Shown here: in pieces, positions 1 through 9,424 of the stretch
How the letters are laid out: each line of letters starts with the position of its first letter
Numbering within the stretch: position 1 is the first letter of the stretch
NCBI GenBank assembly: GCA_964502815.1
Contig: CAZCXV010000002.1
Location: forward strand, 22,802 to 86,801
Direction: 5' to 3'
Length of the DNA: 64,000 bases
DNA from: an uncultured Gammaproteobacteria bacterium
GTDB lineage: Bacteria > Patescibacteriota > Microgenomatia > UBA8517
Position numbers and translations under genes: made by a program
Notes under the pieces: generated by a model
Databases searched by the model: none
What the model saw: only the letters and a program-made list of their open reading frames with translations
Told to the model about the DNA's origin: nothing

Positions 1-354
1 AAAAACATTTAGAGTCCTGGTGATGCCGCCCTCAGCAATTATTTCATAAGTAACATCGGCTCTAGAAATACCCGACTGAGGGCGGGAATCTTTGTGATTT
101 TCAATAACCGCTAGAAGGGGCCTTCTTTTCTCCCAGATTTCTCTTTCTGGCTTGGTAAATTTCTCACCATTTATTGGACATTCTTCAGTTTTTGGCAGAT
201 TTAGATTAATTTTTGAACGACCAGTGCCAACATCCCCGCCACCATCTGTTCCTTTAGACAAGTAACTAAAAGCTGCCCAAGAAATTCCCGAGGAAATCAA
301 AAAAAGCCCTAAAAAACCAAAGACTAATGTTAAGTTTTTACTTGATAATTTCAT
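1..354 (-). CDS. DUF3048-family membrane-anchored protein (partial, runs off window start)
   Basis: Translated by hand from ATG 354 (alternative in-frame ATG 375). N-terminal TM, then RPLLAVIENHKDSRPQSGISRADVTYEIIAEGGITR, a typical DUF3048 motif. Not in the ORF track. Confidence 0.8.
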   Translation of the reverse strand, partial: MKLSSKNLTLVFGFLGLFLISSGISWAAFSYLSKGTDGGGDVGTGRSKINLNLPKTEECPINGEKFTKPEREIWEKRRPLLAVIENHKDSRPQSGISRADVTYEIIAEGGITRTLNVF

Positions 355-378
355 GGCCAACTTTAAATTTATCATATT

Positions 379-837
379 TTAGGACTTGGAAGCTAGCTCC
401 ACAGACCTTGCTTCTTCTTGAGACAGTTCTTTACTGGCAGACCCATCCTTAATTGATTTTAAATAAAATCTAGTTCGATCGCGGGTATGCAAACCCGTTA
501 AGACAAACCCGTTTCCATTGCCATCTAAAACTGATAATGAAAAACTGTGATCTCCTCCAGTATCCTTGAATGGATTATATCTGACAAGACCCAGTTTCTG
601 GATGTGCCTCAAGCCTTCTTTTTGTATTATAGCAATTTCATTTAAAATTCTTTTTATTTCTTTTTTGTTCTGATCTTCAGACCGAAACACGTCATCTAAG
701 AGTTTTTTCAAATCAGCCTCTTTAGCACGACTAATAAGCTTTTTGTAGTGGTTGACGCTTTTGAAAAGAAAAAAACTCAGGAAAAATAGCCAGATCACAA
801 TCAACATAGAGAGACCAAATAAGATAGTTGTAAGCAT
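379..837 (-). CDS. DUF4446-family protein
   Basis: N-terminal TM, coiled coil, then GLVRYNPFKDTGGDHSFSLSVLD...GFVLTGLH.R...R.Y.K and a C-terminal LSQEE. Likely start ATG 837. Confidence 0.8.
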   Translation of the reverse strand: MLTTILFGLSMLIVIWLFFLSFFLFKSVNHYKKLISRAKEADLKKLLDDVFRSEDQNKKEIKRILNEIAIIQKEGLRHIQKLGLVRYNPFKDTGGDHSFSLSVLDGNGNGFVLTGLHTRDRTRFYLKSIKDGSASKELSQEEARSVELASKS

Positions 838-1057
838 ATATTTAAAGTTCTTACATTGTATAAACTTACAAGGTTTCAAGTCAATTGCAATAAGGCTGTC
901 AAGAGGGAAAAATGCTGTCACAAAAAGAAGGTCAACTTGTCAAAGCTGTTTATTAAAAACGCCAATAATCAGGCATAACAGTGTTATATGAATAGTTTTT
1001 CAAGCCTAGCTTCCAACGAAGCTTTAGTTTGCCTGAGGCTAGCTTACCCACGCCCAA

Positions 1058-1123
1058 TGATATACTGTTTCATAAATTTGATTTTGGAATATAAATCAAA
1101 TGCATGAACTTAAAAGGAGGTGA
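1058..1123 (+). promoter_or_regulatory. Extended -10 promoter and strong Shine-Dalgarno for the small Zn-ribbon gene
   Basis: TGaTATACT at 1058-1066; AAAAGGAGGTGA at 1112-1123, 7 nt before ATG 1131. Confidence 0.65.
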
Positions 1124-1130
1124 TTTATAT

Positions 1131-1271
1131 ATGATGTACTGCGTAAAGTGTAGAGCAAAAAGAGAAGGCAAAGATCTTCAAGAAGTTACCATGAAGAATG
1201 GTAAGAAAGCTATGAAGGGTGCCTGCGAAGTTTGCGGCACAACAATGTTCAAGATTGGTGGAAACAAGTAA
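1131..1271 (+). CDS. 46-aa Zn-ribbon protein (DUF5679-like)
   Basis: MMYCVKCRAKREGKDLQEVTMKNGKKAMKGACEVCGTTMFKIGGNK with two CxxC, a strong SD and a downstream terminator. Below the ORF-track cutoff. Confidence 0.85.
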   Translation: MMYCVKCRAKREGKDLQEVTMKNGKKAMKGACEVCGTTMFKIGGNK

Positions 1272-1289
1272 TCACTTCTTGAAACTAAA

Positions 1290-1320
1290 GCAAAAGGATC
1301 CCCTTTAAGGGGACTTTTGC
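1290..1320. terminator. Intrinsic terminator-like hairpin
   Basis: GCAAAAGGATCCCC-TTTAA-GGGGACTTTTGC imperfect inverted repeat just after the small gene. Confidence 0.6.
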
Positions 1321-1341
1321 GTATCAGAAAACTTTCTGCCA

Positions 1342-1959
1342 ATGGTAAAACTAAAAGAAATTAAAAAAGTCTATACAGTTTTTAAAAAAAATTACACCCT
1401 TGTTCCTTTGGAAGTATTTGGCAAAGACTCCTACAAAACTCTAATTTCAACCCTCCTGTCGGCAAGAACAAACGACGACACCACTTTAAAAGTCTGCCAA
1501 GAAAAACTCTTTGTCAAAGCACCAGACATAAAAACACTAAATAAACTAACTCAAGACGAAATCCAGAAACTGATTTACCCGGTAGGCTTTTACAAAACCA
1601 AAGCCAAACATTTAATAAAGTTAACAGAAAAATTATTGAAAGATTTCAATGGGGAAATTCCAGGCACTAGAAAGGATTTAACCTCTCTGTCAGGAGTTGG
1701 CAGAAAAACAGCAAACTTAGTCCTTAATAGAGCTTTTGGAATTCCTGCAATTGCCGTAGATACCCATGTACATAGAATTAGTAATTTACTTGGCTGGGTA
1801 AAAACAGACAAGCCTGAAGAAACTGAAACCGAGCTGATGAAAAATCTGCCCAAACACTACTGGACAGAAATAAATAAACTATTTGTATCAATTGGTAGAA
1901 AATACAGGTCAAAAAGACAACTGGAAGCGTTTTTGAGAGAAAATAAGTTGATTATTTGA
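1342..1959 (+). CDS. nth: Endonuclease III-like HhH-GPD DNA glycosylase lacking the Fe-S cluster
   Basis: LLSARTND, GFYKTKA, LSGVGRKTANLV, AVDTHVHRI; no C-terminal Cys cluster. Confidence 0.85.
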   Translation: MVKLKEIKKVYTVFKKNYTLVPLEVFGKDSYKTLISTLLSARTNDDTTLKVCQEKLFVKAPDIKTLNKLTQDEIQKLIYPVGFYKTKAKHLIKLTEKLLKDFNGEIPGTRKDLTSLSGVGRKTANLVLNRAFGIPAIAVDTHVHRISNLLGWVKTDKPEETETELMKNLPKHYWTEINKLFVSIGRKYRSKRQLEAFLRENKLII

Positions 1960-1966
1960 TCAATAA

Positions 1967-2455
1967 TTAAATAAGTCCTAAATTTTTCCTTGTTTCTTCA
2001 TCTGCTTCTGTTATTTCATATGCAGTCCAACCATTTTTCTGAAGAAGGATAAATTCTTTCAATTTCATACCTTTTTTGTTCCTACCTACTCGAACCATAT
2101 ATCCTGTACAGTCTTCACACCGTAAATCTCCAGAAACCTGCACATGATTGTCCTCACCAATCCTTACATGGACAACAGAAGCTCCTGATAAATCATGTCG
2201 ACTCTCTAAAGCCTTTATAATAGACAATCTCTCTGCATGCATTGCATATATTCCACAAACATTTCCACACTTTTCAATATCACACTCATATGGAGAAAGT
2301 GGTCCATTGGAAGCAGATCCTAGTATTTCATTGTCGCGGAAAACAACCGCTCCTCTGTGATCTCTCATACAAGTCGAGGTTTTTGCCACATCTATGGCAG
2401 CATTAACGATGCCTTGAAGTTCTTCTAGTTCAATACCCTCTATTCTTCGGCTCAT
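1967..2455 (-). CDS. Zn-dependent cytidine/dCMP deaminase-like protein
   Basis: STC...GAVV, NGP, HAE and RCEDC motifs. Confidence 0.75.
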   Translation of the reverse strand: MSRRIEGIELEELQGIVNAAIDVAKTSTCMRDHRGAVVFRDNEILGSASNGPLSPYECDIEKCGNVCGIYAMHAERLSIIKALESRHDLSGASVVHVRIGEDNHVQVSGDLRCEDCTGYMVRVGRNKKGMKLKEFILLQKNGWTAYEITEADEETRKNLGLI

Positions 2456-2475
2456 AGCTGAAGTATACCAAAATA

Positions 2476-2913
2476 CTAACTTTCTAGAACAATAGTTACT
2501 GGTCCATCCAAGACTGGATCAATAAACATATATGCGCCAAACTTGCCTGTTTCAACCTGTATACCCTCATTTTTCAACACCTCAACAAAATGCTCATATA
2601 TTTGCCTTGCTTTTTCTGGCTCCTCTGCTTTTACAAAAGATGGCCTGTTACCAGCCGATGTGTCTGCATAGAGGGTAAACTGGGAAACTGCCAGTATTTC
2701 TCCACTCACATCCTTTACTGACAGATTCATTTTATCGTTTTCATCAGACATAATTCTTAATTTGGCCACTTTTTTAGCTAGGTCTTCTGCCTTTTTTACA
2801 GTATCCCCAATTCCTACTCCAACCAAGATAAATAAGCCCTTGTCGATTTGTCCCACAACTTTCCCATCGGTCTTAACCGAGGCAGTTTTTACTCTTTGAA
2901 CCACTAATTTCAT
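2476..2913 (-). CDS. dtd: D-aminoacyl-tRNA deacylase
   Basis: QRV, SQFTL, GNRPSF and GPVT motifs. Confidence 0.95.
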   Translation of the reverse strand: MKLVVQRVKTASVKTDGKVVGQIDKGLFILVGVGIGDTVKKAEDLAKKVAKLRIMSDENDKMNLSVKDVSGEILAVSQFTLYADTSAGNRPSFVKAEEPEKARQIYEHFVEVLKNEGIQVETGKFGAYMFIDPVLDGPVTIVLES

Positions 2914-2989
2914 AGCCTTGATTCTACTACAAAATCCTTTTGTGCCAAGCTTTGCTTACCATACTTTGCTTCCAGAGCTTGCTTTAGCC

Positions 2990-2998
2990 TGGTATAAT
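2990..2998 (+). promoter_or_regulatory. Extended -10 promoter of rnpB
   Basis: TGgTATAAT just upstream of the P1 helix. Confidence 0.7.
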
Positions 2999-3002
2999 AG
3001 AG

Positions 3003-3289
3003 TTACTCTGGATGGAGGGTGATTACTCGCCTTAAAAAGCGAGAGGAAAGTCCAGGCAGCCGAAGACAAGCTGGTAGTCGTAAGGCTACACGCGTAAGCG
3101 CTAGTCAGAGCAACAGAGACTATGTCGGTCAAAAAACCCTAAAGGTTTGGCGATACGAGTGAAAAGGGCAATCCTCGCTGCTGCAACCTCCGACTAGGAG
3201 AGGGGGTCTTCCCCGTTAATATCCTGAAGTGAGGGCTAAGATAGATTATCACCGAGAAACAAAACCTGGCTTACTACCATCCAGAGTAA
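3003..3289 (+). ncRNA. rnpB: RNase P RNA (compact, about 287 nt)
   Basis: GAGGAAAGTCCAGG and ACAAAACCTGGCTTA (P4 halves); P1 TTACTCTGGATGG pairs with CCATCCAGAGTAA; GCAACAGAGA and GTGAAAAGGGCAATCC conserved elements. Confidence 0.95.
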
Positions 3290-3293
3290 ATTC

Positions 3294-4271
3294 TTATTTC
3301 TGACTTTTTAGTCTTGCCTGAAGAAGTGACTCAATAGAAATCACCACCGGAACAGAAAGAATTGCACCGGAAATCCCTGCCAGCTTAAAGCCAATAATAA
3401 TTGACAAAAGGGTCACAACCGGGCTTAAGCCAACTGACTTTTTCATAATGTTTGGCACAAAGACATAATTTTCCACTTGCTGAACTAGAAATGCTAAAGC
3501 AGCCACTGCGACCCCACTCCAGGGAGAGACACTAAAACCAACGATGACTGCAGGAACAGCAGCTACAATTGGTCCAAGCATTGGAATAAGCTCCAGAAAG
3601 CCCGCTAGGATAGCTAAAGGCAGGGCATAAGGAACACCAATAAGAAGCAATCCCACATACACAGATAGACCTACTATAAACATTAGAATCAATTCTCCTC
3701 TAGCCCAACCTCCCAACCTGTTTTCTAGCTCCCTAAGAATGGTTTTTAAGCTGTTTGCTTTAGATTCGCCAAAAAAATGTTCCAATTCATTTTCCAAAGT
3801 AGCCCATTCAATAACGAGATAAAGAGAAACGATTAAGGTAGAAAGAATTGTTAGGGTATTTGAGAAAATCGACACAACAAAGCCACCAATTTGCTGCGGC
3901 AACTTACCCAATTGGGCGCTTAATTCTTGAGCAAAAGTCTGATTTAAACCAAAAGGCAGCTGAAAATTTGAGATGTAGCTTGGAAGGATACCCACAAAAG
4001 CAGTCGTCTGATCAATAACAGCAGGAACAAGTCCAGAAAGACTTACTCCCAATATACCAATCAAAATAAGATAAATTACAATTGCCGAAATCCCCCTGGG
4101 AACTTTGTATTTTGACAACTTGGTAACTAAGGGGTTTAGAATTATGGCAATCAAAAGAGCAACAAAGACCTGCAAAATTACATCTCTAACTAAATAGAGA
4201 AACCATAAAAGCATTAAAAAAAGAACGGTAAAAATAATTGTTCGGTGAGAGATCTCAATTTTCCTTAGCAT
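3294..4271 (-). CDS. AI-2E family (UPF0118/PerM) transporter
   Basis: Multi-TM protein with GFLELIPMLGP, QQVENYVFVPNIM and GAILSVP. Start ATG 4271 overlaps the miaA end. Confidence 0.85.
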   Translation of the reverse strand: MLRKIEISHRTIIFTVLFLMLLWFLYLVRDVILQVFVALLIAIILNPLVTKLSKYKVPRGISAIVIYLILIGILGVSLSGLVPAVIDQTTAFVGILPSYISNFQLPFGLNQTFAQELSAQLGKLPQQIGGFVVSIFSNTLTILSTLIVSLYLVIEWATLENELEHFFGESKANSLKTILRELENRLGGWARGELILMFIVGLSVYVGLLLIGVPYALPLAILAGFLELIPMLGPIVAAVPAVIVGFSVSPWSGVAVAALAFLVQQVENYVFVPNIMKKSVGLSPVVTLLSIIIGFKLAGISGAILSVPVVISIESLLQARLKSQK

Positions 4272-5175
4272 TTGTACCCCTAGGATACCATTTTTTGACC
4301 AAGTTCTCCACATTTTTACGGTATAGCGGGTCAGAGATATCAAACCAATTTATCCTCTTATCCTTTTTAAACCATACAAGCTGCCTTTTTACATATTGCA
4401 TCTCTCCTTTTTGCCAGTCAGACAAAACTTCCTCCAAATTCTTTTTTCCGGCAAAAAAACCTTGCCACTCCTTATAACCCAGAGAGGTCATAGCTTGATC
4501 ATTCCAAGTGACGCCCATTGTAAATAAGTCACATATCTCAGCCTCAATTCCGGCTACAATTCTTGCCTGAATTCTTTCTTTGATTCTTTTTTCAAAAAAA
4601 CTTAAGTTAGTTGTCAGACCAACTTGACAAACATTCATTCGTTTTTTGAGTTTCTTGACAGAAAGTCCTGTTTGCCTTGCCTGGGCAATTTCTATAGCCC
4701 GCACCAGTCTTCTGGGGTTACTCCTATCAGATTGATTTAGACTGGCAGCTTTTGTGGGATCAAATTGGGCCAAGATGTCAAATAATTTTCCAGGAGTTTT
4801 TTCGGATAGGGTTTTCCTCAAATCTTCATTTCTGGCAATCAGAGCCGTGGGGATACCATCAATCAAACCTTTTATATAAAGGCCCGTTCCACCGACAACA
4901 ATTGGCAACTTGCCCTGTTTTTGAATTTCGGTGATCTTTTTATTGGCTAGCTTAAGATACTGGCCCAGACTAAATCTATCTTTGGCTTCAACCAAATCAT
5001 AGCCATAAATATTACCAACTAAATTCTTGTCTTTACCAGTGCCAATATCTAAATCTTTAAAAACCTGCCTGGAATCAGCAGAAATTAGCTGTCCATTAAA
5101 TCTTTTTGCCAAATAAACTCCCAAATTAGTTTTTCCAGTTGCGGTTGGACCACAAATAACCAGGAGTTTGTTCAT
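4255..5175 (-). CDS. miaA: tRNA dimethylallyltransferase
   Basis: GPTATGKT, SADSRQV, VGGTGLY, KRQLVWF. Confidence 0.95.
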   Translation of the reverse strand: MNKLLVICGPTATGKTNLGVYLAKRFNGQLISADSRQVFKDLDIGTGKDKNLVGNIYGYDLVEAKDRFSLGQYLKLANKKITEIQKQGKLPIVVGGTGLYIKGLIDGIPTALIARNEDLRKTLSEKTPGKLFDILAQFDPTKAASLNQSDRSNPRRLVRAIEIAQARQTGLSVKKLKKRMNVCQVGLTTNLSFFEKRIKERIQARIVAGIEAEICDLFTMGVTWNDQAMTSLGYKEWQGFFAGKKNLEEVLSDWQKGEMQYVKRQLVWFKKDKRINWFDISDPLYRKNVENLVKKWYPRGTNAKEN

Positions 5176-5179
5176 ATAG

Positions 5180-5965
5180 TTAGCTTGAAGCACTAGTATA
5201 GTACTTCAGAGAGAATTTCCAAAACTGAAGTGCGACGAATATTGCAATTAAGCCAATTGCAAAAGAGCCAACAATCCCCTGCCAACTTAGTAGACCCATT
5301 AAGGCTTTAGCCGGAAAGGTAAACATTATTCCTATGGGTATTAAATAGGTAATTATCCCTTGCAGTGGTTGTCTATATATATCAACAGGAAACCTACCCA
5401 AGGATGTGAGATCTCTATAAATCCAAACTACATGATCTGCCTCTAGTGTTAGAATTGCAAAACATAAAACAGCAATATGAAATGCCGCAGCTATCACTAA
5501 GCCATTTATCATTAATAGTATATAGACCGCTATACTTTGAGGGCTATAAAGCACCTGACCAGCAAAATAAATACTCAATAGTAAAAGTGGTGGAATCGTA
5601 ACAAAGTCAATTAGATCAGCTCCACCCAGTAACGATCTAAATAGTGCATTAACGGGCTTGGATAAAACTAAATCAAACTCGCCATTTATAATCATTGGCC
5701 TAAATCTATACACTTCCCGAAAAAGAAATTGGCTTATTACATCAATCAAATTAAAGGATAGAAAAAAGAAACTAGCCTGTCCTACACCCAAACCCGCCAC
5801 ATTTCCCGCGCCTTTGATTAAAAAGGTCAAAAAGGCGAGGAAAAATGCAAACCTCACTATTTTGCCAAACAAAAAAATAAAAAATGCAAGTTTAGAGTGA
5901 AATCCACTCAAAAACGAATTTCTACTCATCAGTAACCAAAATTTGAAATATTTCTTTAGTTTCAT
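5180..5965 (-). CDS. ABC-2 type transporter permease (DUF990-like)
   Basis: Six-TM pattern with GEFDLVLSKP and RFPVDIY; in an operon with the ATPase. Confidence 0.85.
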   Translation of the reverse strand: MKLKKYFKFWLLMSRNSFLSGFHSKLAFFIFLFGKIVRFAFFLAFLTFLIKGAGNVAGLGVGQASFFFLSFNLIDVISQFLFREVYRFRPMIINGEFDLVLSKPVNALFRSLLGGADLIDFVTIPPLLLLSIYFAGQVLYSPQSIAVYILLMINGLVIAAAFHIAVLCFAILTLEADHVVWIYRDLTSLGRFPVDIYRQPLQGIITYLIPIGIMFTFPAKALMGLLSWQGIVGSFAIGLIAIFVALQFWKFSLKYYTSASS

Positions 5966-6765
5966 TATCGTCCTTCGGATTTATACGATTTTAAACCCTT
6001 GCTCCAAATTGACATCAACAAGAGGTACAGTAAAACACACCACCAAAAGCCAACAACAATCCAGAATAATATTTGACTCGTGCTTACTTTGTCCAAATAA
6101 ACTTGAGAGGGGACAAATACTAAATAGGGAAACGGTGTCAGATAAATAGCCGTTTGCCAAAATTTGGGTAGAATGTCTAATGGAAAAAATGCCCCTGACA
6201 AAAATTCAGTTATTGTGTAAAACAAAAACACAGGCGCCCAACTTTGCTCTGGAATCCAAAGTGGTACAGAACTAAATAGGAATATTAGTAGAAAAAATAA
6301 GACAACCGCAATTAACAAGCAAAACAAAAATACGAGCCAAGTCCCTACTCCAAAAGGGAAGTAAAAAATTGGCTTAAAGAGAAAATATAAAACAAAAACT
6401 TCAACTATTGCAAACAACAAATTCAAAACTTTACTGGCCAGATCTCTTGTAAACCAGTAACGAAAAAGGTTGATTGGCTTTAATAAGTAGTTTGCCAGTT
6501 TGCCATCTGATATTTCTCCTGCAATGTTTACTGTTTTTGCAGAAACAACGATTGCCCGCAAGAAAATAACCAAAAACACATAAGTTATTATTTTGGCCCT
6601 ATTGTAACCGAATACTTCTGTACTTGGATTTCTAAATATCGTATCCCAAAGAAAAAAGGTAAGAAAAAAGGTCAAGACATTTCTGACCCGCCACATAACA
6701 AAGTTAACTGGATAAATAAATTCCTGCTGAAAGGAGATTTTAAAAAGTGTCAAGTATTTTTTCAC
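5965..6765 (-). CDS. ABC-2 type transporter permease
   Basis: GKLANYLLKP, LSGAFFPLDILP, TPFPY. Confidence 0.85.
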   Translation of the reverse strand: MKKYLTLFKISFQQEFIYPVNFVMWRVRNVLTFFLTFFLWDTIFRNPSTEVFGYNRAKIITYVFLVIFLRAIVVSAKTVNIAGEISDGKLANYLLKPINLFRYWFTRDLASKVLNLLFAIVEVFVLYFLFKPIFYFPFGVGTWLVFLFCLLIAVVLFFLLIFLFSSVPLWIPEQSWAPVFLFYTITEFLSGAFFPLDILPKFWQTAIYLTPFPYLVFVPSQVYLDKVSTSQILFWIVVGFWWCVLLYLLLMSIWSKGLKSYKSEGR

Positions 6766-7748
6766 TTCTTTAATCCACCTTTAAATACTTTTCTAATAAT
6801 ATCTTCTACTGGTACTTCTTCAATTGTCAGATCATCAACTGGAAAAGACTGCAGGATTTGGGAGGCAGCCAAAGCCACAGTTTCCCTCGGCACAACGACA
6901 GTAACACTAGGCAAATTAATTTCCCTTATCTCCCCGATTGATTCCAGTTTTTTGTAGTCTACTTCTTTAGAAAGAGACAGTCTAATTATTTTTTCTTTGG
7001 CAAAGTGGCTTACAAGATCTGACAAGTTGCCGTCAAAAATAATTTCTCCGTCAGCAATCACAATCACTCTTTTACAGATATTAACCAAATCATCCATATT
7101 GTGAGAAGTTAAAATTATTGTTGCTTCAAATCTTTTGTTGTAGTCAACAATAAAATCCCTCATTTTTTGCTGGGCAACTAGGTCAAGTCCGATAGTTGGC
7201 TCATCCAAAAAAACCACACTGGGATTATGAAGAAGTGCTGCAATTAACTCCATCTTCATTCTTTGTCCCAAAGAAAGTTTGCGAACAGGTGTTGCCAGTA
7301 AATCTTCAACTCCTAAAAGTTTTACCAACTTTGTGGTTACCTTTTGATACTCACGGTCAGAAATTTCATATATTGCTTTATTTAATTCAAATGTTTCAAT
7401 CGCTGGCAAATCCCACCACAATTGATTTTTTTGACCCATTATTAAAGATATCTTTTTAAGATAATCGTTCTTTCTTTCCCAGGGAATGTAGCCCAGGACA
7501 TTTACAAAGCCAGAAGTTGGATGCAGTATGCCAGACAATATTTTTAAAGTAGTGGTCTTTCCGGCTCCATTTGGACCAATAAAGCCAACCAGTTCTCCTG
7601 ACTTAATTGAAAAACTAATTCCTTTAAGGGCTTTAACTAGCTTCTTTTTTGGCTTAACTAAAGAAGAGATGGTTCCAGATAAACCTTTACCTTTTTGATT
7701 GACTTCAAAGTTTTTAACCAAATTTTCAACAATAATTGCCCTGTCCAT
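6762..7748 (-). CDS. ABC transporter ATP-binding protein
   Basis: Walker A GPNGAGKT, signature LSLGQ, Walker B LDEPT. Confidence 0.95.
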   Translation of the reverse strand: MDRAIIVENLVKNFEVNQKGKGLSGTISSLVKPKKKLVKALKGISFSIKSGELVGFIGPNGAGKTTTLKILSGILHPTSGFVNVLGYIPWERKNDYLKKISLIMGQKNQLWWDLPAIETFELNKAIYEISDREYQKVTTKLVKLLGVEDLLATPVRKLSLGQRMKMELIAALLHNPSVVFLDEPTIGLDLVAQQKMRDFIVDYNKRFEATIILTSHNMDDLVNICKRVIVIADGEIIFDGNLSDLVSHFAKEKIIRLSLSKEVDYKKLESIGEIREINLPSVTVVVPRETVALAASQILQSFPVDDLTIEEVPVEDIIRKVFKGGLKK

Positions 7749-7769
7749 GATGTAATTATACTATTTAAG

Positions 7770-8045
7770 TTAGCGAGATACTTGTTTTCGAAGTTTTTTG
7801 CCTGGAGTAAATCTTGGAGATCGGTGGGATTTAATTGTCACAAATTTTTCGGTGTTAGGAATTTTTACAGTTTTGCCTTTCATAGTAATTACGCGAAATG
7901 TGCCAAAACCAGAAAGAACCACTTTTTCACCTTTGGCTAAGACCCTACCAATTTCACTTAGGAAAACATCAATTGCCTCTGTTGCACCTTTTTTGGTTAA
8001 ATGTGCTTTTCTTGCTAAAAGTTCTACTAAATCTTTTTTAGTCAT
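7770..8045 (-). CDS. hup: HU-family DNA-binding protein
   Basis: MTKKDLV, GFGTF, PRFTPGKKL. Confidence 0.9.
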   Translation of the reverse strand: MTKKDLVELLARKAHLTKKGATEAIDVFLSEIGRVLAKGEKVVLSGFGTFRVITMKGKTVKIPNTEKFVTIKSHRSPRFTPGKKLRKQVSR

Positions 8046-8119
8046 GACTGTATCTAGATTTGAATGTTAGTCTAAAACACTAATTATGTCAAGTATGTGG
8101 GCTTTTTATAAGACTTATC

Positions 8120-9367
8120 TTAGTGGGCGGCAGTGGTGTCGCTTACTCTTCGCTCCCTTATCACAGTTACTTTAATTTGTCCTGCATACTCTGCTTCTTT
8201 TTCAAGTCTTTGGGCAATATCATGAGCTAGAACTGTCATTTTGTCATCGTCTACTTCATCAGGGTTTACAATTACCCTGACATCTCTGCCTGCCTGAAAG
8301 GCATAGCCTTCAGAAACTCCAGAAAAAGAGTTGACTATTTCTTCAATCTTACTCATTCTTTTGACATATTCTGTGTGGGGCTCATATCTTGCTCCCGGCC
8401 TGGAGCCAGAAATGGCATCGGCTATCCAAACAATGACAGATTCGATTGAGGAAAATGGTTTGTCTTCATGATGCTCGGCGACCGTGGCAATTGCTTCTTT
8501 GGGAATGGCAAATCTTTTACACGTATTTACACCTACTTCAACATGGGTTCCTTCTTCATCTGTCACAACTTTTCCAATGTCATGCAGCAGGCATCCTAGC
8601 CTAACTATGTCAACATCGGCTCTAATTTCTTGAGCAATCGCAATACCCATTTTGGTTTCTTCAATCGTATGAACTGCCAAGTTTTGACCATATGAAGTTC
8701 TAAACTTATATCTACCAATAAGCTTAATCAGATCCATAGGCAAATTAAAAACTCCGCACTCTTCAACTATTCTTTTGCCTTCTTCCAAAAGGACATCATC
8801 CATAGTTCTTCTAGTAAGTCTAACCACTTCTTCAATTCTTGAGGGTTGGATTCTAGTATCCCTAATCAGTTCTTCCAGGGCACGTCTTGCAATTTCTCTT
8901 CTGATGGAATCAAAAGAAGAGATCTTGATAATATTGGATTCATCCATTTCAAGCTCAACGCCTGCTTCTTTTTCAAAAGTACGGATATTTCTACCCCCAG
9001 CTCCGATTATTCTGCCTTTCACTTCTTCACTGTCTACAGAAATAGTTGAGACAGTGATATCAGCGGTTAGTTTTGGAACTCCAACTCTCATGGCATCTAT
9101 CAAGATCTCTCGTCCTTTTTCTGAAGCTTCAAGTTTAATTCTTTCTTCAGCCCGCCTAATCTTTTCAGCAATTTCGCGGGTGATAGTCTTTTGAACTTCG
9201 TCAAGAAGGATTTTTTTGGCTTCATCTGAGGTCATTGAGGAAGACTTTTCCAGCCTAATTAAAAGCTCTTGTTCTCTTTTTTTCAAAGCTTCTTTTTGTT
9301 TTTCTACTAAAGCTCTGTCTTTCCTGATTTCTTCAATTAATATTTTTAGATCGTCACCGTTTGACAT
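8120..9367 (-). CDS. rny: Ribonuclease Y
   Basis: KH domain KGRIIGAGGRNI, HD domain LHDIGK, ADAISGSRPGAR, QAGRDVRV. Confidence 0.95.
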   Translation of the reverse strand: MSNGDDLKILIEEIRKDRALVEKQKEALKKREQELLIRLEKSSSMTSDEAKKILLDEVQKTITREIAEKIRRAEERIKLEASEKGREILIDAMRVGVPKLTADITVSTISVDSEEVKGRIIGAGGRNIRTFEKEAGVELEMDESNIIKISSFDSIRREIARRALEELIRDTRIQPSRIEEVVRLTRRTMDDVLLEEGKRIVEECGVFNLPMDLIKLIGRYKFRTSYGQNLAVHTIEETKMGIAIAQEIRADVDIVRLGCLLHDIGKVVTDEEGTHVEVGVNTCKRFAIPKEAIATVAEHHEDKPFSSIESVIVWIADAISGSRPGARYEPHTEYVKRMSKIEEIVNSFSGVSEGYAFQAGRDVRVIVNPDEVDDDKMTVLAHDIAQRLEKEAEYAGQIKVTVIRERRVSDTTAAH

Positions 9368-9398
9368 GTTTTTCAATAATTTCTAACTAATTTAGAGT

Positions 9399-9424
9399 AA
9401 ACAAAAAGATAGCCCTTTTTGTTT
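9399..9424. terminator. Hairpin between recX and rny
   Basis: AAACAAAAAG-atagcc-CTTTTTGTTT perfect 10-bp inverted repeat. Confidence 0.45.

Noticed and set aside
880-950. Repeated GCTGTCA/TGTCAA hexamers in the intergenic region
   Set aside because: Short and irregularly spaced; explainable as -35-like elements or chance; not an iteron array or CRISPR
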